Assembly (NCBI RefSeq): GCF_000012285.1
Contig: NC_007181.1
Coordinates: 480,001 to 512,000 of the forward strand
Reading direction: 5' to 3'
Source of the DNA: Sulfolobus acidocaldarius DSM 639
GTDB lineage: Archaea > Thermoproteota > Thermoprotei_A > Sulfolobales > Sulfolobaceae
DNA: 32,000 bases
The notes beneath the pieces were generated by a model. That model searched no databases and was not told the DNA's origin. It worked only from the letters and a program-made list of their open reading frames with translations. Shown here in pieces: positions 26,144 through 32,000 of the stretch (position 1 is its first letter; every line of letters begins with the position of its first letter). Position numbers and translations under genes: made by a program.

Positions 26144-27417
26144 AGTATTCTAGGAGCGTGTTTCTCATAAGCGTATCTTAGCTCCTCTTCTGATATAACA
26201 AAGTAGTGCTCCTGCAGGATCCTAAACTGCTGTGGAGGAACTCTACCCTGCAGTATATTCACGACCATTGGTGAAACACCCTGCTTTATCATGTAAGAGG
26301 CAAAGAAGCTCCTCAAGTCGTATAGCCTGAACTCACGACCTAGTACTCTCTTCATAGCATTCTTTATGTCGAAACGCAGTGAATCATCACGGAATGGGAA
26401 GAACTTGTTGAACCATAATGTAACGTCAATTCCTTGCTCAGGGTTAGCCTCTGCCAACTTTTTGACGTTCTCTAAATATCGTGAAACGAAGTCCTCACGA
26501 TAAGGTAAATACACCTCTTTTAACCACTTAGCAGTGTTTTCGTGAAGGAATGTTATGTAAGCCCTCTTAGTCTCGTTCTCCTTCATTAGCTTAATCACGC
26601 GGTGTTCTAGGTCAACCTGTTCCACAGTGAGCGATAAGACTTCACCAGTCCTTAGGCCAGTCTCTGCTAGGACTAAGAAGAATGCCTTAGCACCAATATC
26701 CTGTATATTATTAAATATTCTCTTTAGGATATCAATCGACAAGTTCATGGGCCTATATTTTGTCTTTCCCCTGGGTGTCTTAAATGAGTCGTAGAGTAGT
26801 CTAGCTAACGCAGGGTCTCTTAACTTAACTACTTCCTTAATGAATAATTTTAGTGCTTTGACAGTATGTTCAGCCTTTCCATTACTCTCAGCCATCAGGT
26901 CTAGAATGTATTCCTTTAGGCCTTCAGGCGTTAAAGTGTTTCCTAGGTCAGCTAAAGCGCGCTTCAAGTAGTTTAGCCTATCCTTTGCAGTCTTAGTAGA
27001 TTTGGTCTCTTTCAGCAGTTTTTCGAAAAGCTGAATATCCTCCTGTGTGACTATATACTCCTTTGCAGTCTCTTTTATTAAATCGCCAAAGTACTTATGC
27101 AAAAAGAATAGGAAGATATTCCTAAAGCTAGGATCCTTTGAGGCTTTTACCATTACCCTTAAGATATCTGAAGGGGTAACATCTGAATAATCAATGCCAT
27201 GGACAATTTTAACAACTTCATCAACTGGTAACGCTTTCATTACTTCATTAACGATCTCATCAGGAGGCTCAATCTCTTTACCCCTCTCATCATAGCCCCT
27301 AACGTATAAGTACAACTGCTTCTTACTCCTATTAGTAATTTCTGTGAGCTTAGGATAGCCTAGAAGTTCAACAGCCCTCTTGAGAAGTTCTCTTCTCTGT
27401 TCCTTAGAGAGTTCCAT
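26140..27417 (-). CDS. int: tyrosine recombinase / integrase (archaeal, non-partitioning arrangement)
   Basis: 425-aa ORF. Box I is LAETGLRTGEVLSL, and box II plus the nucleophile is LYDLRSFFASYMIKQG...LQGRVPPQQFRILQEHY. This parallels the SSV1 integrase C-terminus as I recall it (RKFVASKM...IQGRKPTRVLTQHY). The gene is intact, and its start lies 107 bp from attR. Confidence 0.9.
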   Translation of the reverse strand: MELSKEQRRELLKRAVELLGYPKLTEITNRSKKQLYLYVRGYDERGKEIEPPDEIVNEVMKALPVDEVVKIVHGIDYSDVTPSDILRVMVKASKDPSFRNIFLFFLHKYFGDLIKETAKEYIVTQEDIQLFEKLLKETKSTKTAKDRLNYLKRALADLGNTLTPEGLKEYILDLMAESNGKAEHTVKALKLFIKEVVKLRDPALARLLYDSFKTPRGKTKYRPMNLSIDILKRIFNNIQDIGAKAFFLVLAETGLRTGEVLSLTVEQVDLEHRVIKLMKENETKRAYITFLHENTAKWLKEVYLPYREDFVSRYLENVKKLAEANPEQGIDVTLWFNKFFPFRDDSLRFDIKNAMKRVLGREFRLYDLRSFFASYMIKQGVSPMVVNILQGRVPPQQFRILQEHYFVISEEELRYAYEKHAPRIL

Positions 27418-27523
27418 AATATATAGATATCAATATTTGGTATATATTCATTACCAACTTTTCCATCAAACGTTACCCACGTCAAAATCTATGTGAAGAG
27501 AAACCATTTCAATTAATGTAAAA

Positions 27524-27602
<79 letters not shown>

Positions 27603-27675
27603 CAAGCTATTAATTACTTAGCGGGATTTTAAAAGTTTAATTACGACATTTGATAGGAGATAAGACGCTTGTAAC

Positions 27676-29580
27676 TTATATTGTTCTAATGCTTTCCAGA
27701 ATTTTTGGTGCGTATACGTTATCTATACCCTTTATTTTACCACTTTCTACCAATCTCTTGAATGAACTTATTGCGGAAGGCTCTCCATGATTTAATACTA
27801 AGTTCTTTGGTTTTACGTTTAAATTCCTTAAAAACGCTAGTAGTTGCCTCCTGTCACTGTGTCCTGAAAATCCCTCTACAACTCCTATTTCCATATTTAC
27901 TTTTATGTTTTCAACCCTTCCGTCCCTGTCAAGTATCTGTATGTCTTTAGCTCCATCTCTAACTTTTCTTCCCAGTGTGCCCTCTGCTTGGTAACTGACA
28001 AAGACTATTGAGTTCCTTGTATCATGAGCCATATTTTTGAAGAACTCTACTGCTGGGCCTCCATTTAGCATTCCTGAAGTTGCTATTATGATACTTGGCT
28101 CACCTTGGGCAATATCTTCCTTATATCCTTCGATTCTCTTGAAGAACTCTGACATAAATGGGTTTTCGTCCCTATAAAGTATTGCCTCCCTCAACTCCCT
28201 ACTCAACCACTCAGGATAGGCAGTATGTATAGCAGTTATCTCGTCTACCATTCCTGTTATATAGACGGGGACTTCTGGTATTTTCTTATTTTTCATTGCG
28301 TCGTTTATGACAAGCATTATTTCCTGTCCTCTCCCTACTGACAATACTGGGATTAGTACTTTTCCTCCTTTACTTATTGTCTTGTTTATTATATCAATCA
28401 GCTTTGCCTCTGATTCTTCTCTGTTTTCCTGGTCATGTGCTCCATAAGTTGTCTCCATAATCATTGTGTCAACCCTTATGAACTCATCGTTAGCCTTGTC
28501 TAGGAGCTTTGTCCTAGCGTACTTGAAATCACCAGTGTACACTACATTATGTAATCCTTCCCCAATGTGTAGGTGTGCCATTGCTGAACCTAATATATGT
28601 CCAGCATTGTAAAACGTTAGCTTCACGTCAGGGGCTATATCAGTGACTTCGCCATAATCAAGTGTTATAGTGTGTAGTAGTTCCCTTCTTACCTCCTTAG
28701 CGGTGTAAGGTATTGGTCTTCCTTCCTTCTCAGCCACATCGAGTGCGTCTAACTGGGCTAATGCCATTATATCCCTTGTTGGTGGTGTCATGTATACAGG
28801 CCCTTCATAACCATACTTGAAAAGTAGTGGAACCATACCACAGTGGTCTAAATGTGCATGTGTTATTACTACAGCGTCAATATCCTCAAGTTTAACTTGG
28901 TCAATGTCTATCCTTGGGAATAATTTTTCGCCATAGGAAACACTTGGGTTTAAGCCCACATCAAGTAAGATCTTACTTTCTGGGGTTTCTACAAGTACTG
29001 CTGACCTACCAACTTCATTAAATCCTCCTAATCCTGTTATCCTCACAAACCTATCCTTAAACAGGATATCTCTATGAATCCTTTCTCCAAATACTCTTAG
29101 TGCCTTTGCCCTATACTCTGTCTCATTGTATATGTGGGTTAATACTCCATCATAAGTCCTTGACTTCAGAGGTGGTTCTCTTACTATTATTGGTCTCCAG
29201 TAGGTTTCAGCAAATATCTTCTGTTGTATTGACCCACCTTTACCTATTACAAGTCCTGGCTTTTTAGCCTTTATTAGTACCTCTCCTAATTCGTCGTCAA
29301 ACTTAATGTCTATTATTTGAGCCTCTTGCGGTACTATGTTTTTTATTATTTCTTTTGTTTCCTCTTTATCTTTCCTTGACTTTGGATCTGCTTTCACAAC
29401 GACACGTTTCTTTATTTCCTTCGCTATTTTCTTTACTGTTTCACCGTCTACAACAGCAGGGTTCCTAACGTACACGGCTATTTCTGGTCCTTCAAAATCT
29501 ATTTTTGAAATACCTGCCTCTTTAGGCATACCATTGTATATTGCATTGACTATGTTTAATCTGATTGACACAGATTCCAC
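27676..29580 (-). CDS. archaeal CPSF1-type beta-CASP ribonuclease (two N-terminal KH domains plus metallo-beta-lactamase/beta-CASP)
   Basis: 634-aa ORF with the KH GxxG (VIGKGGS), the MBL motif [10 protein letters not shown], and a downstream beta-CASP region ending in NHGE. GTG start. Confidence 0.92.
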   Translation of the reverse strand: MESVSIRLNIVNAIYNGMPKEAGISKIDFEGPEIAVYVRNPAVVDGETVKKIAKEIKKRVVVKADPKSRKDKEETKEIIKNIVPQEAQIIDIKFDDELGEVLIKAKKPGLVIGKGGSIQQKIFAETYWRPIIVREPPLKSRTYDGVLTHIYNETEYRAKALRVFGERIHRDILFKDRFVRITGLGGFNEVGRSAVLVETPESKILLDVGLNPSVSYGEKLFPRIDIDQVKLEDIDAVVITHAHLDHCGMVPLLFKYGYEGPVYMTPPTRDIMALAQLDALDVAEKEGRPIPYTAKEVRRELLHTITLDYGEVTDIAPDVKLTFYNAGHILGSAMAHLHIGEGLHNVVYTGDFKYARTKLLDKANDEFIRVDTMIMETTYGAHDQENREESEAKLIDIINKTISKGGKVLIPVLSVGRGQEIMLVINDAMKNKKIPEVPVYITGMVDEITAIHTAYPEWLSRELREAILYRDENPFMSEFFKRIEGYKEDIAQGEPSIIIATSGMLNGGPAVEFFKNMAHDTRNSIVFVSYQAEGTLGRKVRDGAKDIQILDRDGRVENIKVNMEIGVVEGFSGHSDRRQLLAFLRNLNVKPKNLVLNHGEPSAISSFKRLVESGKIKGIDNVYAPKILESIRTI

Positions 29581-29636
29581 CAGACCTAGAAGTAGTTACT
29601 TACACGTATGATTGGTAATTTTTAATATTTAAATTC

Positions 29637-30707
29637 TTGTTATATAAGACTGTGGAAATCAAGGAACATATCATTAATTTACCCAAACATATCTACACTG
29701 GGTATGGCATTTTAGACAATTTTAGAAATTACTTACAGACATTAAATTTACCTCAACCCTTTCTTGTGATTACAGGACCCGTAATACACCAAGAGATATT
29801 TTCGAAGAGAATAGAAGAGCATATCAAGGATTTCAAATATGAAGTAGTAATAGTAAACAAATCTGATTTATCTGAAGCGGAAAAAGTTGAGGATATTGCA
29901 AGACAAAAAGGCATAAAAACTATATTAGGAGTAGGAGGAGGTACGGTAATTGATATTGCGAAGTTTACAGCATATAAGATAGATAGAGAGTTTATTAGCA
30001 TTCCTACTTCACCATCTCATGATGGTATTACATCACCCTTTGCTGCAATAAAAGGGCTTGGGAAACCTATCTCAATTAAAGCAAAGGAACCTCTAGCTAT
30101 AATCTCTGATGTGGAGATCTTAGCCTCAGCCCCAAGAAGATTAATAAATGCAGGCATAGGTGATACCTTAGGTAAGATCACTGCAGTTAGAGATTGGAGA
30201 TTGGCTCATAAGTTGAGGGGTGAATATTATGGAGACTATACTGCCTCTCTGGCTTTAATGTCAGCAAGACATGCATTATCATGTACTAAGATTATTAATA
30301 AGGATATAAGGGCAGGAGTAAGGGTTTTAACAGAAGCATTAATTAGTAGCGGAGTTGCAATGGGTATGGCTGGTAGCACTAGACCAGCTAGTGGGTCTGA
30401 ACACCTTTTTGCTCATGCAATCGAATTACTTTATCCTAATCTTGGTCTTCATGGGGAATTGGTGGCTTTAGGAACTATTATGATGGCATATATACATGGA
30501 ATAAATTGGAGGAGAATTAGAAGAGCTATGAAAAAAATTGGTCTACCGGTAACGTCAAAACAGATAGGAATACCGGATGAAGGAATAATAAAAGCATTAA
30601 CAATTGCACATAGTATAAGACCTGAGAGATATACAATTTTAGGTGACAGAGGTTTAACATGGGAGTCTGCAGAGAAAATAGCCAGAGAGACGGGAGTTAT
30701 AAGTTAA
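29637..30707 (+). CDS. egsA: sn-glycerol-1-phosphate dehydrogenase
   Basis: 356-aa iron-ADH/glycerol dehydrogenase fold. [13 protein letters not shown] nucleotide loop, a DG..SP region, and His-rich metal ligands ([11 protein letters not shown]). The size is typical of archaeal G1PDH. TTG start. Confidence 0.85.
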   Translation: MLYKTVEIKEHIINLPKHIYTGYGILDNFRNYLQTLNLPQPFLVITGPVIHQEIFSKRIEEHIKDFKYEVVIVNKSDLSEAEKVEDIARQKGIKTILGVGGGTVIDIAKFTAYKIDREFISIPTSPSHDGITSPFAAIKGLGKPISIKAKEPLAIISDVEILASAPRRLINAGIGDTLGKITAVRDWRLAHKLRGEYYGDYTASLALMSARHALSCTKIINKDIRAGVRVLTEALISSGVAMGMAGSTRPASGSEHLFAHAIELLYPNLGLHGELVALGTIMMAYIHGINWRRIRRAMKKIGLPVTSKQIGIPDEGIIKALTIAHSIRPERYTILGDRGLTWESAEKIARETGVIS

Positions 30708-31423
30708 CTAAAAGTATCTTTTTGGAAATTCTCGATAAAGGACACTACAGACTCTGGTAACACATAGTTTATGATATCCCTCGCTAGCATGTAAATAACT
30801 AATTGAAAATCTTCAACCTTATAATAGTCCTTAGGGACAGTAATTTTCAAGTTCTTTTTATCCTCTCCCAATTCTATACCGAACTTATCTGCATTGTTTT
30901 TCCCAAGCCACTTCTCTAAAACAGCCTTAACCTTATCCTTCTCATCCTGCAAAACCTTAACTACTTTAACCTTATAGATGACTGTTTTGTCTGCCAACGG
31001 ATGATTGAAGTCTAAAACTACCCTCCCTCCTGTTACACTTTTCACTGTTGCAACAGAGCCGTCTGTAAATCTTACCATCATATTCGGATAGGGGTTTACT
31101 CCCCTCTTCTTAAGATCGCCTAGGGATACAATTCTTACCTTCGTAGGATCTTTCTTTCCATATGCTTTTTCTGGTGGTATTTCAACCTCCTTTTCTTCTC
31201 CTGCATTCATCTGATATATAGCCTCTTCCAATCCAGAAATTATTGAATGTTCGCCTAGTATCACAAGTTTTGGTTCGTACTTTACATTGTTACTATAAAT
31301 GTTAGCCTTCTTAGCTTCCTCTTCTATTGTAGTATCGAAAATTTCTCCGGTATCTTTTACCTTAGCAACATAATCAATATAGACAAAATCTTTATCCTTA
31401 AACATTTGTATCTCAAAATTCAT
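30704..31423 (-). CDS. FKBP-type peptidyl-prolyl cis-trans isomerase (long archaeal form with C-terminal domain)
   Basis: [16 protein letters not shown]...[31 protein letters not shown] motifs. I place the start at the internal ATG at 31423; the track ORF extends to 31477. Confidence 0.82.
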   Translation of the reverse strand: MNFEIQMFKDKDFVYIDYVAKVKDTGEIFDTTIEEEAKKANIYSNNVKYEPKLVILGEHSIISGLEEAIYQMNAGEEKEVEIPPEKAYGKKDPTKVRIVSLGDLKKRGVNPYPNMMVRFTDGSVATVKSVTGGRVVLDFNHPLADKTVIYKVKVVKVLQDEKDKVKAVLEKWLGKNNADKFGIELGEDKKNLKITVPKDYYKVEDFQLVIYMLARDIINYVLPESVVSFIENFQKDTFS

Positions 31424-31502
31424 AGCAGTAACAGTTTTTAAAGCTATACCTGTACTGAGGATAAAGTTAAAAATCACTGAGTAACTTAGATTATGAACAA
31501 GA

Positions 31503-31688
31503 ATGAAAGGAACGCCGTCATTTGGTAAGATGAATAAAACACCAACCCATGTAAGATGCAGACGTTGTGGAAGAAATAGCTTTAATGCCAGAAAAGGTTA
31601 TTGTGCAGCATGTGGATTTGGAAGAAGTAAGAAGATAAGAAGGTACAGTTGGCAGAATAAAAAAGTAAATGGAGTGAGATTAGTATAA
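31503..31688 (+). CDS. rpl37e: 50S ribosomal protein L37e
   Basis: 61-aa ORF with MKGTPSFGK..., a C4 zinc finger (CRRCGR...CAACG) and a basic tail. Confidence 0.93.
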   Translation: MKGTPSFGKMNKTPTHVRCRRCGRNSFNARKGYCAACGFGRSKKIRRYSWQNKKVNGVRLV

Positions 31689-32000
31689 TGTTCGAATGGA
31701 CTTGGCACCTAGAATGGCAGACGCCACAAGAATTTCATGCACATGCCATTAAGAGGATATTGATAGAGGAGAGAAGCGAATTTCAGAGAGTCATATTAGC
31801 TGAACTGTTTCGATTTGGAAAAGCACTAATTATAGATGGTAAGATTCAATCCACATTAGCTGATGAGTTTATATATCATGAATCGTTAGTTCATCCTCTT
31901 CTTATATCCCTAGAAGATCCTGAAAATATTCTTATACTAGGTGGCGGAGAGGGAGCAACACTTAGGGAAGCACTTAGATACAAAAGTGTGAGAAAGGTTA
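31688..32000 (+). CDS. speE: spermidine synthase / aminopropyltransferase (5' partial, runs off the window)
   Basis: ATG at 31688, open to the window end. [24 protein letters not shown] and the [15 protein letters not shown]/dcSAM loop are typical of SpeE. Confidence 0.8.
   Translation, partial: MFEWTWHLEWQTPQEFHAHAIKRILIEERSEFQRVILAELFRFGKALIIDGKIQSTLADEFIYHESLVHPLLISLEDPENILILGGGEGATLREALRYKSVRKV

Overview
AT-rich, tightly packed archaeal chromosome segment. The gene content and protein sequences look like Sulfolobales (Saccharolobus/Sulfolobus-like EF-2, LeuB and exosome proteins, GGTGA-type Shine-Dalgarno sites, TTG/GTG starts). About three quarters of the window is ordinary housekeeping DNA. 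It includes leuB, aEF-2, XPF and the conserved archaeal exosome/proteasome/RNase P superoperon (prefoldin beta, Pcc1-like, Brix, L37Ae, Rrp42, Rrp41, Rrp4, SBDS, PsmA, Pop5, Rpp30, L15e). It also includes a GTPase, a GlmU-like nucleotidyltransferase, S3Ae, a TrmJ/HemK/KsgA methyltransferase run, DUF655, RpoF, L21e, aCPSF1, G1P dehydrogenase, FKBP, L37e and the start of spermidine synthase. The accessory part is a 7,470-bp integrated plasmid-like element at about 20055-27569. It is bounded by a perfect 45-bp direct repeat equal to the 3' half of an intact tRNA-Val(UAC), and by eye it is more G+C-rich than its flanks. The element carries an intact tyrosine integrase next to the tRNA and a replication module split into a prim-pol ORF and a Zn-motif/SF3-helicase ORF. 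It also carries an AbrB-like regulator behind an 11-bp-phased iteron array, an orphan 333-aa wHTH protein, and a serine recombinase plus HTH gene pair bracketed by two related GC-centred palindromes. A repeat-dense 417-bp non-coding region is a candidate ori/res. About 0.5 kb to the left, a convergent tRNA-Leu(UAA) is abutted by an orphan N-terminal fragment of an SSV-type integrase and by a decayed copy of the element's att-proximal end, so this tRNA pair has been hit repeatedly. No CRISPR array, rRNA or classical IS element was seen.
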